61,506 bases of DNA, filler included, from Choristocarpus tenellus KU-1152 (GCA_964200185.2; 11 parts of 11 records of this genome joined end to end with filler, not necessarily neighbours in it), one strand, 5' to 3'; numbered from the whole stretch's first letter, positions 12,990-26,293 are shown. Numbers and translations are program-made. The notes: generated by a model not told the origin, from the letters alone.

Positions 12990-14811
12990 CTGGTGATGGA
13001 CTCGCCGCTCTCTTCCTGCTTTCCCGAGGCGGCAGAGACTGCAGAGCAATGCTCCGCATCGGTTGAAGATCCAACCATGTTTGTGTGGTAATGCTTTCAA
13101 TGCATCTTCTTTGAGTGTCGGCGTCGCAGCCCCATGATCCATTTCGCGATTTGATTATGCTGCTGCGCCACACAACCCGCACTTTCTCGTCACCTAACAT
13201 CGCACTGAGTGTCACACGGTATTTGCTTTTCTGTCGCCTCTCGACAGAGAAGGTACCAAGGCTAGATCCAGGGGGCAGAGTGGCATCAGAGGCCCTCCTT
13301 GTCTCACCATCGTGGTTCATGTTGCTGTGTAAGCCACATGTGTGCGTGCTCACAGGAAGTCAGGAAAAGGCGTTAAAAACATGTCCTGATAAAATATGTC
13401 CAGAAATCTTGGGGGTATTGTCTGCTTTTTTTTTCAGTACAGCCCCACTGGCCAAACTTGGGCAGCGACCCACCCCAGACTAGTTTTCTACAAAGAATTC
13501 AACCAACCATTTTGTTTTAACCCGTTTTGAAGTCGTGACCTTCAAAATTGCGAAGGACGTATTCCCCCGCGTTTTTTCCATTATTCCATCGGGACATAGC
13601 TCCCATTCCCCAATGCCTATACATTCGTGGAGATACAAACCGTTGAAAGCTCTTGCCATACCCTTTCATTTGATATATATATATTGTTGTATATCTGTTG
13701 GGGCTACACGGTGAGAATAAGCAGAAAAGCCACAAAGGGGGGAAGCTACTGGTACCACTTTAGCGCTAAATCCTACCGTATGGCCAAGTGCATTTCGACC
13801 TTCCTCCCTCAACTCACAATTGGCCAAGCGAGAATCGGTACGATTTTTGAACCTTTGCTCCTTTTTTTCTTTCTTTTTCCAACTGAACCACCTGTGACAG
13901 ACAGGTCCCTTTGGGAGCTGATCTCTGTCCAGATACACATCCGCGCGAACACACAAGTGCATTGCGCGCACATTTCTTTGTCATTGGAGACTTTCCCGCC
14001 AATGTCAAACACAGAAACGTTTGAGGACCCTCAGACCACTTACAGTTGGACACTAACAAAGATGTGATATCACCCGTCGGATCTGAGACCACATCAAACA
14101 TTTTCCTAAGATTTGATAACCGAGGGAGCTTGGGTTTGCTGGAAGCACCCCACCATGACACAACTGGTGATTCTGAACACTCCCCACTACTGATTGAACC
14201 CTGCTCACGATACAACTTCTCAACACAAATCAAATTGTAGTATATTATATTACTAATTTGACATTTTGTAGATGTGTTGGGGGAAAAATCAAGGAAAAAA
14301 ACTATTCACTTATCAAAAAAATCCTTAAACCACCAGTATAATACGAGTAAAATAGTAATAATTCATTTTAAGTGTTACTATGTGTGTGTGTCGTCATGAA
14401 CCTGGCGAGCAGAACCTACCACTTTGGAAGAAAAAGTTTCCTGCTCTGGAGTGTACCCTTCGATCAATCTTCTGACCAGCCTCCCCTTCTTGTCAAACAG
14501 GTGACTGACTGCACTATTTTGTTGATAGGATAATGTCAGAGTGAGGGGAGGTGCTCAGGATACTTGAATCTTGTATTCACCTTATACCGTCCTCATTTTC
14601 ACCCTGCAAAATCATCGTCATATACTGTTGTACCAACAAAATGCGCGTATATCTTTGATCATGACGCATCAATTTCAGTTTTCTCCAGTTTCCACCAGTA
14701 ACTAGGATAATCGCAGCATTACAAAGATAGTTGGTTTTGGTTGGACGAGGAACTCTCCTTAGAGAGTCCAACAATTCGTGTGTTTGGTATGAACTGTCGT
14801 TGAGTATATCA
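12990..14811 (-). CDS. Hypothetical multi-exon gene fragment
   Basis: Splice-bounded exon about 14811-14581 (DILNDSSYQTHELLDSLRRVPRP...ENEDGIR|gtgaa), plus open stretches at about 14233-14045 and 13350-12990. No family recognised. Confidence 0.3.
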
Positions 14812-14946
14812 CTGGAGGGGGAGGGGGAAGTGAAGAATGGGTATTATGGAGTTGGCAGCATCAAGGGGGTTTGAATCATTGTCAATAAATGAGCCAGAGG
14901 GCCAAATTGGGTTCTTCAAGCGACACAGCAATAGGTCAGGAAGGTA

Positions 14947-15210
14947 CTCCCTCTGACTCATACAAGTCTGGGACGTTATGAATTTTCACGTTTTGTTTTG
15001 CATTTTCTTCATGAATGCTAAAATTTCCTGTAATATATGGCTGAAATTGAAGCTCTTGATATATTATTATTGTTGCTCTTCACTTTTTTCCGAAATAGTT
15101 CTGAATCTATTCTGAGAAGTGAACCGAAAAAACGATCACTTTCGGTCCATTTTCGGTGCCTGCACTGCGCCAGGGTGCGGGTTCAACGCCCCCCCATTGT
15201 CACACTACAT
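14947..15210 (+). mobile_element. Mariner/Stowaway-like terminal fragment homologous to the 5' end of the 55131-56648 element
   Basis: Starts TA|CTCCCTCTGACTCATA. 15040-15205 matches the reverse complement of about 56200-56320 plus 56536-56610 (e.g. ccgaaatagttctg, ttcggtccattttc). Confidence 0.65.
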
Positions 15211-15976
15211 CTCAACAAAGAAAAAGTATAGATTATTAATAGCTGGAGACGAGGTGGGTAAAATAACTCGGTGACTGAGAAAGGAGGGTTTTACATTGTT
15301 CTGAATTATTGTGGGTGAGGGTTGGGGCAGGTTATTGTACGGGTTCAGAGGTTGCTGCTAGAAACATTATTGGCACCAGCAGCTGGGTCCATGTTTGTTG
15401 TTGTAGTCCCTTATGGTCCTTTATTGGAGCATCGAACGAAACCCATTCTAATCCAATTCCTGAGCAAAACAAAATATATTGAGCGTAGTGTGAGTTGCTC
15501 TCAAAAATTTTACTTCGTTAATCACACCTCTGGCTCAAAGTAAGCGAGGGTATCCAGAGTCGAATTCTAAGGATGTCAGCAAATATTTCCAAATTTTGGG
15601 GTTACAATTGAGTGGAGGATATATCGAAACATTTCAAGCAATACAGAATAGAGTCTCTCAAATAAAAGTTAGCGCTTCATCCATAGACATATGGGTGAAT
15701 TGCAAAAGATGAAAAAAGTTGGCTTATAACGCAAAACGGACAAAAACTGGGTGCCTCTAGTTGACTTCGGCTCTCTGGAGCATGATATTGAATCATCGTA
15801 CACTCCCAACACTACACCAAGTCCATACTACCAAAGACGAAATACTCAGAATATTATGACATGATACTTGGTACTATCACAGCCCGATTGTGGTGTACAA
15901 TATATATATATATTACTTCACATAAGTTATATCAACGTTTAAGATAGGGTTAAAAGTTTAGAGCCCAAGGATTCGA

Positions 15977-16147
15977 GGCTCAAAGTATCTGAGGGGGGGT
16001 GGCGGCTGTCCATTTGGGGCCAATTTTTTCGTGCCACGATATTTGGGTGATTTGGTTCCATACGTTGGATGTATAATGAAAGTGCACTTTTCCTGGTTTT
16101 GGTCCAAATGGTCACTCTGATGTAGACCCCGCCCCCCCCCAGGTACT
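15977..16147 (+). mobile_element. MITE family B (about 175 bp, GGCTCAAAGTATCTG-G-run TIR), related to family A
   Basis: GGCTCAAAGTATCTGAGGGGGGG...TGTAGACCCC...CAGGTACT. Closely similar to 26116-26293; truncated by the linker. Confidence 0.8.
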
Positions 16148-17585
16148 NNNNNNNNNNNNNNNNNNNNNNNNNNNNNNNNNNNNNNNNNNNNTTAATTAAT
16201 TAANNNNNNNNNNNNNNNNNNNNNNNNNNNNNNNNNNNNNNNNNNNNTCGGTTTGTGTTGTTTTCCGCCCCCCCCCCCCCCCCCCCCCCCCCCCACACAC
16301 ATAAAAAAGCCTAATTTTGAGCTCGAACTGGGCTCCACGTCTCAAAGCAATGCCTGCCAGAACTGTGGATAAGAGAGGAAGGCGTGCATGGTACAGTGAT
16401 AAGAAGGGATTGCTGTTGCAGCAGCATCATACCAGAGACAACTCAAGTCTGACTCCAAGCGGCAAATGGTGCATCACAATCTGGAGGATACACCACAGAC
16501 ATTGAAGGCGTTTGATACGGTTGATTTGAGCATGTCACTGTGATGACAGCAACTGTCTTCCCTAATGCCGCTACTGTCTTGCGACGATCGATACCCTATC
16601 CGCTCTTTGTAAAAATTTCATGAGGCATGTACACACAGCTGAGGTGGGTCTCAAGGCTGGGATTTACATGTCAAGTCCCCTGTACAAAGTGTAGTAACCA
16701 TCGAACAGCTCCTCCAAGAGAAACCACCACAACTCGGACATACCTCACAATCCGACTGATACATGCAGAACTAAGACAATCCCCTAGGTACAGTTAAACA
16801 TATCACCATGTTGCATATTCATCTACTGTAGGCCTTGATAGGGCCTCACCAGATCCATAGAGTGATAAACACCAGCCACGTTACACCAATCACCAAGGAC
16901 CTTCTAGTTGGTCAAAACAAGCGCTCCTAGGGGAGAAAAAACCTTGCAACATGACAACACAAGTCAGTTGTTTCGCACTGGCAAGCTTGTCTGGACGAAC
17001 CAGGCACCCGGTTGGGGCAAAGGGAGAATGCCAGGGCACCAGGCAATCCGCTTCATTAGAGTCACACATACAGACACACAAACATACATTGAACACTCTC
17101 ACAGCTCGCTGATAGTCTAACGGCCCCTATCAAAGAAGTTACACAAAAAATATCTTTGTTCAATGTTAAGAGCTTAGTTTTTAGGAATTTTGCTGTAGAT
17201 GCACCGTGTGTGTCAACACAATGAATGGACCGGTTCACCTCCACCCTCTGTCTGTTGCTAGCTAGACCACATCGAAAAAAACAAAAAAACCTGGACAATG
17301 GTGGCTAGGCTTCAATTCTATTCAGGCAAGTATTGCTCAAGATTCAAGGGAGGAGGTGGAGCAATGGGCAGTGTGATGAAAGAACCCAACATGGGATAGC
17401 AAGAGAAATGCAAGGCATGCACGGGACAGTGCAATTAGTCCAAGATCAGTGCAGTGTCTAATGCCTCTAACCATGGGTTACGGCTAGGTAGTGTCGGGTT
17501 AGGTTCCTAGTCCCAGACTAAGTGGAGATATAAACAAAATACCACAACGCACAGCAACACCCAACATTTTCAGTCAGCTCCTCAC

Positions 17586-18489
17586 TTCCCAGGTGAAAAA
17601 ATCTTTAGCGGCCAGGCAGTCAGAGGCAACGGAGGGCACACCCTAACAAATACGGCAAGAGGTTCATCGTAACTTCGTGGTTCCAGTGCATCATATTGTC
17701 ATTTGCTCGTGCGATTGATTACCTTGATCTCAATTGGAGGTGCTGCTCACACAAGCAAGGAGTTGAACAGAAAAATAGTCAATTGGAAATTGACATGGAG
17801 GCACTACAAAGGAACAATTTTGAGACATGTAGAAGTCTTACCTGATCAGGCTTCAGCAATCTCCCTGTGAACTGTTTCTGGTTGTCCTGCTGCTCTGAGG
17901 GCATAGTTGAGAATCCACGCAACGAAGCCCATTGTAGTTCTTGACCACGCCAGCTGTTTCTTCCCCCGGCCCTAAAACCCTGTCTTTGCCCGATGGCGAC
18001 TCCCACCCACCCTCTTCCTAGTAATGCACTTCCGTGAGCCCCTCGTAGCAGATATTGTCCCTCTCCTTCGTTGTGCGCCCGTGTAGGCTGACCAATGCAA
18101 ACCTGATACGATCGGTCACATAAGTTCAGCTTCGTGGCGAATGATCACAACATTCCGGCTGGTGCAGCAACAGCTGAGCATATATTATGATTGTACTTTC
18201 ATTACTACGAACCACTTACGATTCTGTTTTCATCGATGGCCCTGCTGCTCCGACCATGGCGGTGCAAATCGATGTCGTCCCGCAAACCTGATACTCCCCG
18301 TCCTGGACCAGTCCAGAGCGCTTTGGTTGTGGCTCTTGCCCAAGAGCTACTGCAGTTACAACATTGGCAAGCTGATTGCAAAGCAATGCTGCATTCTGAA
18401 CGAGTCCACAGGAGCCTTCGATTGTAACCCGTCAACAAACAAGAAAGCGGAGATGCTGGCAACCGAAGGAGTCGCGCGTACTGCGACAT
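17586..18489 (-). CDS. Hypothetical gene 5' part with an Arg/Ser-rich, possibly mitochondrial leader (tentative exons 18489-18288, 18102-17843, about 17642-17586)
   Basis: MSQYARLLRLPASPLSCLLTGYNRRLLW... continues in frame to ...WASLRGFSTMPSEQQDNQKQFTGRLLKPDQ|gtaag. Downstream candidate exon GVPSVASDCLAAKDFFTWE|gtgag. Confidence 0.35.
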
Positions 18490-20518
18490 CCCGTTTTCGC
18501 TTCACCTTCCCCGGCGTAGCGAACAATGGATGGGAGCACCCCTCGCTCCGCCCAAGGATAAATCCTATGGGGTTTGTATTTATTAGTGCGTTTAGCGATG
18601 TAAGCAGGGTGTTGGTCATCAAAGGGTCACCTGAACTTACCCCAAATATGCTTTAGTGTGTCACATTTTGCACCGTATCAAATCTCCTCTACCGTATGTC
18701 TTGGTGTTTGTTTGATTACAAACATAAAATATAATACATTCAATTTAACACACACGTTCACTGACATACTTCCATGTTCTCATAACAATATTAGATTATC
18801 TTATCTACACTAGTCTGTGTACTAACTAGTACGTTTCTTGATTTTCAAACACACCGCAACAGTTGTTGATACTTCAATATTATATATATTGTTGATACTT
18901 CAATATATTAAAAGTCCTTTCCTGTCCAAGTAATAGACAATTTGCTGTTGTGGTCGTGTTCTTTGTATTCTTTGCCTTATTACAAGTTTCATATTCCCTC
19001 CATGCATATCCACAAAATATCTCTGCACAATAATCTACTAACCGTGTATACTTCAAGCCATTTGACTGTCGTGATATTGGTGTGTCTTTTCTGTTACACA
19101 TCTCCAAAATGTGATACTTGTGACACCTTACAGATGAACGCACTTCTAACCTTGATTTCTTAAAATTGATTGTATAGAGGAAGTATTGTGTGATGGGAAT
19201 GGTGAGGAAAAACAAAGGAAAAATATTAATTAATCGTAAATGTTTGGTTATTGATGGGGACTTATCGGAGGCGCCGATTCATATCGGCACTGGTTCACAA
19301 CTCTACGAACGAGGTTGATGGATGATCAAACAGGCACCATTCTTGATTTTTAGCAACACACCCACCTACATGCATCAAGGAATAATGAGACCGTTGATCG
19401 TGTGCTTGCTTATTCTCCAAGGTGAGGGCAGTGCAAGAGTAGCGCATGATGAAGTTACCTTCGATGATGTCTCTCCCACCATGATGTCTTTCTCCACAAG
19501 AATTGCAGTAACATGTAGTTGAACTCGTGAGTGTTCAACATGTGAACTCCTTTCATTCGTACTATCTGTTGCTGGAGCCAACTCCCGCCATTGAGTCGAG
19601 ACTGTCTTGATGATTTAGAATTTCATCCCTAAAAGTAGGAATTTTCACTGTCTAGGGATGTTAAAGGCGAGAAGGTCATGAAGAAGTAGAGGCAAGAAGG
19701 TAGCATGTAGAATGCACGAGTCTCATAAACCACCACGCTTCGGGCACTATTCTGAAGTGACGCGTTCGTTCTCTTCAATGATATAAACGAATTCGACCTC
19801 CTGTTTAATGCACAGTGTCAGGACCTCCATAGCCCTCCTCCACAGTAAAATCCTCGACCTTGCAGAAGTATTGACTGTCCTAATTCCGTGCCGCTACCTG
19901 TACTGCGTGCAAGTTGTCCAGGGTTTTATAGCTCCAGGTGCTACTAACAGCATTACTAATGGCCAACCAGCACTCTCCAAATACGGGACTAGGGTGAGGG
20001 AACCGAGTCTTTTACCACATCAATTTTCCGAAGCTACAGGTTTCACCTGGAACACTGTGGCTAGGGTGCCAGACCCTTGCCGGGATGATCTGTGTCAGTG
20101 GCGATGTTGGGTCGCAGCGCAGGATGAATCTACAGAGGGAGGACGGCGACCGAGAGAGAAGAGGAAATGGACTCCTTCTCACCTGTGGTTAATAGTTGTG
20201 ATCATTTGTTCATTGTCATGTTTAACCTGCCCCATACCTCCAATCCTTTTTGTTGGGGTTGCTCAATTCAGTTCCCTCACTATATCCTTTGTTTAGTCAA
20301 GAAAACCCCACCGGAAAAATTCATGGTGCGTCGATTACATCCATACTTGACGTAACCCATGTCGTAGGACAACCCGTGCAACTCTTACCATAGTCGTACC
20401 ATGTGCCAATGGTATCCTCCATTTTTGGATCCGCCTCCATCTAACGTCAGACCTCCATTTCCGAATTAGTTGTGGCGTTCTCCTCATTCCTCCATCGACA
20501 CTCATCCCTAATTTCCAG

Positions 20519-21043
20519 GACGCGATCACTCCCAGTGGCCTCGTCAATCGGTTTAGGACTGGAAGGACAGCTGGAGTTGGGCGTGAGAGTTGTGGTATCA
20601 CCCTCCAAGCATGGAATGAGAGCCCAGAAGAGAAGGAGGAGAGGAAGGCTAGAGAGAAGGCTAACGCAATGAAGTGGGCCAAACTGATCCTGAAGGAAGA
20701 AGAAAGGTACCTCAAGTAGAAACTACTGTTGCTGTTTTGCTCTGTCTACCTCTGTCATCATCAAACTTACTCTGCACCATTTCTCGTATGTCGTTGGCCT
20801 CCTTGAACCCCCTCCCCCTGCACCTTTGCCCCAAACTCTTGTTTATGGACTCATTGTAAGAAGCAGAAACATTTGAGGTGATAAATGCTCTCTCCTATGG
20901 ATGTGTACTGGCTGTATGCTTAGGATACGGAAAAAAAAATACCGGACACTCTTCTCACTCCCCCTTAGCACTGTGTCCCTTCTTACTCCCTTCTTCTGAT
21001 CCTGTGGTTCACATCTTACAGCGAGGATGGTACTATGGGGAAG
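20519..21043 (+). CDS. Hypothetical protein exons (about 20519-20706, 21022-21043)
   Basis: cag|DAITPSGLVNRFRTGR...LQAWNESPEEKEERKAREKANAMKWAKLILKEEE|gtacc joins in phase 2 to cag|xEDGTMGK|gtgaa. Confidence 0.4.
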
Positions 21044-23138
21044 GTGAATGCAAATACTACATTGCAGCTGCCTCTTCAGGCTGCTGGACTGATACTTGCA
21101 ATCGACTTTCTGACATTCCTATTTCAACGATCGGGACAACACTGAAGTAGTGCCTTGCACGTCTTGGGAGGGAAGGAAGGTAGAAATGTAGTCCTTTGTA
21201 CATGGCTTTCGTGAGCTGCTAACGTTCTCACTTAGGGCTACTAACAGTGCGGTTCACCGATTTACTGCATTTTTCAACTTTAGCAAGTCATGGTTGGAGA
21301 AGGGATAAGGAAGAGGAGTTCGTTGATTTCGATCTTCCAGTAATCAAGTGAAGTGACCCCACTGTGCATCCTTGTAGATGCAATTCTTCCCCACAAGATA
21401 AGAGTATGCATGTGTGTTGCACACACAAAAGTAGTGTTGCTTGTTTTCACTTGCCACATATGTAGGAGGCTAAGGCTGGAAATATTGCATAGCGTACACG
21501 GAGACACTAGTTATTCCCTGTGGCCCACAGCTCCAAGTTTACCAAGGGGTTCTTATCTTAGTACTGGGTACAAAAAGGTCCATATGTAGAGTTTACCCCT
21601 ATGATAGATCCTTTTTGAGTTCGATCAGTCCCATTTTTATCTCTATCATTGAGATTGCTGGGGAATTCAGGCAGGGGCTGGAGCATGTGGCATCACTCAT
21701 CATGTGAAAACTCTCATGTGGTGCTGATCAAGGGGTGGGAATGATGAGGAGACTACATTCTCTCAAGGCTTACAGGAGAGGGGTGATCGAGAGGGGTGAT
21801 GTAGAAAGCTGTGAAAGGTAGAAGGCAGGAGCAGGGAATGGTGAGTTACAAGAACTGTGAGATTTTAATAGCTGAAACAAATGTGGGGGATAGATTGCAG
21901 TGTGCTCTAGTTTGTGCTTTCAGCTACAATATACAGAGACACTGGGTTTATTGTGTTCTTATGGTGAGTTTGAAGTTTTGCTATTCTTAGAGACAGTTCA
22001 AATCCATGATGGAGGCATGGAAACAAGTTGTGTAGGAGTTTGGTGGTTAGACCTGACTCTTATTGTGGCAAAATGTCACAGAGGAAGAGAGTTTTTTCTA
22101 TATTGAAAACACACTGAGGAAGAAGTAGAGCATTAATGTGAACAATCTAGAGTAATCTCTAGCATGTAAAGTGAGGATCATGGGGTAGATCAGGTTGGAA
22201 AACTCAGGTGATTGTTGGTATGCAGCACGCTGGAGGTATGTTACTGCATTGGGTATTGAGTAGGATAGTCTACAATCTAGGCATGGGGAAGAGAAACAAG
22301 ACATATTGTAATATTTTGTCATGGAGTTGGCATAATTTCTCCTAAAGATAAAAAGAAAAAGTTGAACTTGTTACCGAGAAGTTCTCTGGAGTTTTTTTGT
22401 TTCACATGGTAGGCCTCTTGCTTGGCCCATCATTCTTATTTTTTGTATCTTCTATGTTGTCAATGTTTACATGCAAGTACAGACATACCAATCTGAGTGC
22501 AGTAGCATGATGGGGTCTCTGTAGGACTCCAAATTGCTACATCATTTTTGAATTTCTGTTTTTTTTATCGTAGTGTTCATGGTGTTAAACCTCTCCCATA
22601 AGTACTGGGGTAGTAGGCAGAGTCAAGGAGCAAAGCGAATGTCTCTGAAGTCTGTTATCCTTGTGGATTTTAAGGGAGGGAGCAAGCACCTCAGCTGCAT
22701 CAACGCTGTGAGTTGCCACTCGTGCAGATTCATAGTTATGTGCTCAGAGTGATCAAGCATAACTTGGCAACCTCAGTGATAGGATGTGGTTTGCTTCTAT
22801 TTTTTTGTCCAATGCGGCTGGGAATTGTTACACCATGTAAGACAATATAGAATGACAGCCGTACTCAAGAGTAGGGCGTTGAAGGCATTGAAAAGTCAAA
22901 ATCATTGTATGTATGGGGGTTATGAGGGCTAACGTATCTGGGGGGGTTGTGAGGGNNNNNNNNNNNNNNNNNNNNNNNNNNNNNNNNNNNNNNNNNNNNT
23001 TAATTAATTAANNNNNNNNNNNNNNNNNNNNNNNNNNNNNNNNNNNNNNNNNNNNCCCCCCAGAGAGTTTGGGCCATTCACATCATGTCAAAAAATCCCT
23101 AAAAAGGTAACATTTGTAAAATGTGAAAGACGTTGATC

Positions 23139-23990
23139 TTTTTTTTTCTATCAGCTATATTGTACCACCACCTTCCTGTGCCTTCAACCTAGCGTAGTCC
23201 TGTACCCCAAGGTGAGGAGCTAGGGAAGCATCCCAAGAATCTAACAAGCCCCTCCTTGCCCATCTCCTTGGCGTCTCCAGCTTAGAACGCATGACACGTC
23301 AAGAGAGTGCTACTTGCATTGTGACTGAGGTTATCTGGCGTAGACGGGATTTGACTGCCCCTTTTCTGCTGTAGCATCCTGTCCCTCTCCCCCCTACCGC
23401 ATGTGTAGCTAGCTCATCCAGAAAAATTTCTGTTTGCTTACCAAGGTGCCCAAAATGTTCCACCGCGAAGGTGTTGAGGTTATAACTACAAGGGTCAAAA
23501 GATCCCTCGTAGTGGGTGCACTCTTTCACCTCAGCTGCGGCAGCAGCTACACCATTGCTGGTGAATGAGTGAGGTGGGTGGGAGGGTGCTTGCACGTCTG
23601 CAAACGTAACATCGAGGAGGAGGCCTTTGTCTCGGTGGGGAACTGGTCCGGCATCAGCAATTGCCCCCGCATAGAAGACCAGATCCATGCGGAAATTCCT
23701 GTCGCCTGTGAATGGGCTACCATCCTCCATAGTGCAAGGGAAGTTCATTCATTTGCAGAGTTGACCAAGATGTTTCATCAACGGTGTGTATTGGCAAACC
23801 TGTCCTCCAGCCCTAGGGTAGGTCCGTGCATGTATGATGTCTACATTTTCCCTCCTGCAACCAGTCACCAGGCACCTGTTCGATAGGGCCTCCTCTCTCC
23901 CTAGGGATATACTGGCGGTGAGTTTAAACTCAGCGGAGGGGGTCTGGCATGCCGGCTCCAAGGATTGAGTTGAGGCCCATGCATTTGCAT
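23139..23990 (-). mobile_element. 5'-truncated, degenerate non-LTR retrotransposon with a restriction-like endonuclease (CRE-like) 3' end
   Basis: Cys/His finger remnant CLVTGCRRENVDIIHART, then RMDLV...LLLDVT...AAAAAEVKECTHY...FAVEHFGHLG...LRQITSVTMQ, typical of RLE C-termini. In-frame stops near 23749 and 23299. A-run at 23139-23147 on the minus strand. Confidence 0.8.
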
Positions 23991-24054
23991 GTTACCAAAC
24001 AATACGTAGACGTACATGAAAACGTTACACTACATATTGCTCACGAATTCTGTA

Positions 24055-24857
24055 TTATTATTATTATTTACTCTATGTTTGGATTCCACACATTCTCCTC
24101 CTCCCTATTGTACCACTAATTGTGACAACTGATTTCCAGTCACCAGCCCCATCCGATGACCAACCAGTGCAACCCCTTCCCCACTCATTTCCAGTCACCA
24201 ACCACATCTGATGACCAACCAGTGCGACCCCTTTGCCACTGATTTCCAGTCACCACCACACCCTTCAACCCCACCCAACCCCACCCAACCCCACACCACC
24301 ACAACATTTTCCACCACTTTCCGCTTCCCCACACCATTCAACACCACTTAACCTCCCAACACTTTCCACCACTTTCTCCCCCACACCACTCAACACACCA
24401 CTCAACACCACTCAACACCACTCCACAATCATCCAAGAACACCCCTTCATCATCCACTTCATACAATGTCTTTGAACTAGAAGACATCAACCCCGCCCAA
24501 ACTTTACAACCCCCCCCCTTACCCAGCATCTCAGTCGGTTGAGAGCAATTGAAAGGGTGGGTGGGTGAGAGAGATTGCTGAGATGTTATCTTGTTCTAGC
24601 CCTGCTTGTCCCATACCACCAGTCTCAGGTTTCCTTACGATCTGACCATTCTTTCTTACCTTGTGCTTACACCTACCACACATCTTTTTTAACTTGTCTC
24701 CTACTTCTTCTACCTCCTATATCCACTCAGTACTTACCTCTTCGTCCACCCTTTGATATATGTTTTTTTCCCTAACCAACCCTCCCTTCCCTGTATGTCA
24801 GCCCTACCAGAATTATCCCCCCCGCAAAACTCAGATTACTTCATAAACTTTCCCGCT
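24055..24857 (-). repeat. Interspersed repeat of about 0.8 kb (SINE-like), copy 1
   Basis: Colinear with 56683-57363. Internal ~54-bp subrepeats (actgatttccagtcacc...tgaccaaccagtgc). (TTA)n tract at the left end. Strand is inferred from that tract. Confidence 0.75.
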
Positions 24858-26115
24858 TGGGTATTGTCTACCCTTGTGTCTTTTGTGCATGGTGATAGCC
24901 CACCACAAAGGCTACGGGTAACTGTCGTCAGACTTCACTGTTATCCTCTACACCATTATGATGCTAAGAGGCCTTGAAGGGAGGTATGAGGAAAGGTCAG
25001 GGTACTCGAAAGGGTAGCAAATGGAGTCCCACATTAGTCACGACCCAATTATCTCTGATGTATGACCAAAGACTGACCCATCATACCGCTATGCACGTTA
25101 CTACTTTGCATTTTACCGAACTAAAGATAAACGTACATGAAGCCTATGTTATATACTTGTATCAGCACAGACAACGCAAGGATAACACTTGGTTATTCGA
25201 CAAGTATCCCATCAAGATTCCACAGAAGGAGCTCTGGACATGATTGTAGATGTCATCCCCAGATCCCACTGTCTCCTTTAGCTACACCTTCCCTAGTATG
25301 ATTACATCCCGAAATGAAGGAATAGTATGCAGTGAGGTCAGCTTGATTGTACTCACCAGTGGCTCTTTCTGCACAGTTCCCCCGAAGGGCTAAAGTTGGA
25401 CTGGGACCCCTACTTTAATGATGGACATGTCAACAAACAACTCGGTTCCACACCTGGTTGTCTGCCTCAGTGTTTATCTATCCGAGACGTTTGAAACTAA
25501 CTCTCTATGGAGAGCTGATCAATGACAATGTATCTAATGCCTTGAGATATTTGTTGCGAATCAGAGAGTGAGGGGATGTTTAGTTTGCTGCCCGAGTTGA
25601 TGGGTATCCTCAGCAGGGAGTGAAGGATGGACCCGCTAATGAGGACGCCTGCCATGCCTTTGGGGGGCAAGCACTTGACACAGTTGCCCAAGGGCCACAG
25701 CAAGCAGGACATAGATTGGCCAAACCTGCCGTGCCAAGCACCATCGAGTGCAGTGGTGTTTCAGATACTGTACGGAATTATGTTTCCACTATGTCACAGA
25801 AAAAAACAATTTCTGCTGTTGAGGTTTTCTTCTTAAACAACTGGGCATGGTGATGTGGTCCTGGACTGTTGCACTTCAGGCTTCCCTTGCACCATGGACA
25901 AATTACTCTCAAAAATACATGTTTGTGGGGCAAAAGCGTGTTCAGTGTTGAAGTATTTTTTATCTGATTGTCACTGTATGTGTTTCCAAAGTAGACCTAC
26001 TTGCATGTTTTCCACCTACTTTAAGAGTTACCAAGAAATAGGACTCAACTATCAAGGCCTAAGATAGCCAAGGTGGAGGGTCGTGAAAACCTATCTGGCA
26101 CCTGGTGCTTGAGCT

Positions 26116-26293
26116 GGCTCAAAGTATCTGGGGGGGGGTGATGGCTCTTCATTTGGGGCCAATTTTTTCATGTCGCGATTTTTGGGTGCTTTGTTTGCAC
26201 ACGTCGGATGGATAATATAAGTACATTTTTCCTGGTTGTGGCCCAAATGAACACCCTGCTGTAGACCCCCCCCCCCCTCAGATACCTTTGATC
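26116..26293 (+). mobile_element. MITE family B, full copy
   Basis: GGCTCAAAGTATCTGGGGGGGG...CCCCCCCTCAGATACCTTTGATC. Other fragments at 6011-6072, 12866-12889, 22926-22955, 28329-28377, 48020-48168 (reverse) and 48540-48662. Confidence 0.85.

Noticed and set aside
21300-22900. Possible old Gypsy/LINE remnant
   Set aside because: No motif could be read with confidence; would need BLASTX.
24125-24260. CRISPR-like array
   Set aside because: Contiguous degenerate ~54-bp tandem units without unique spacers, in a eukaryotic repeat.
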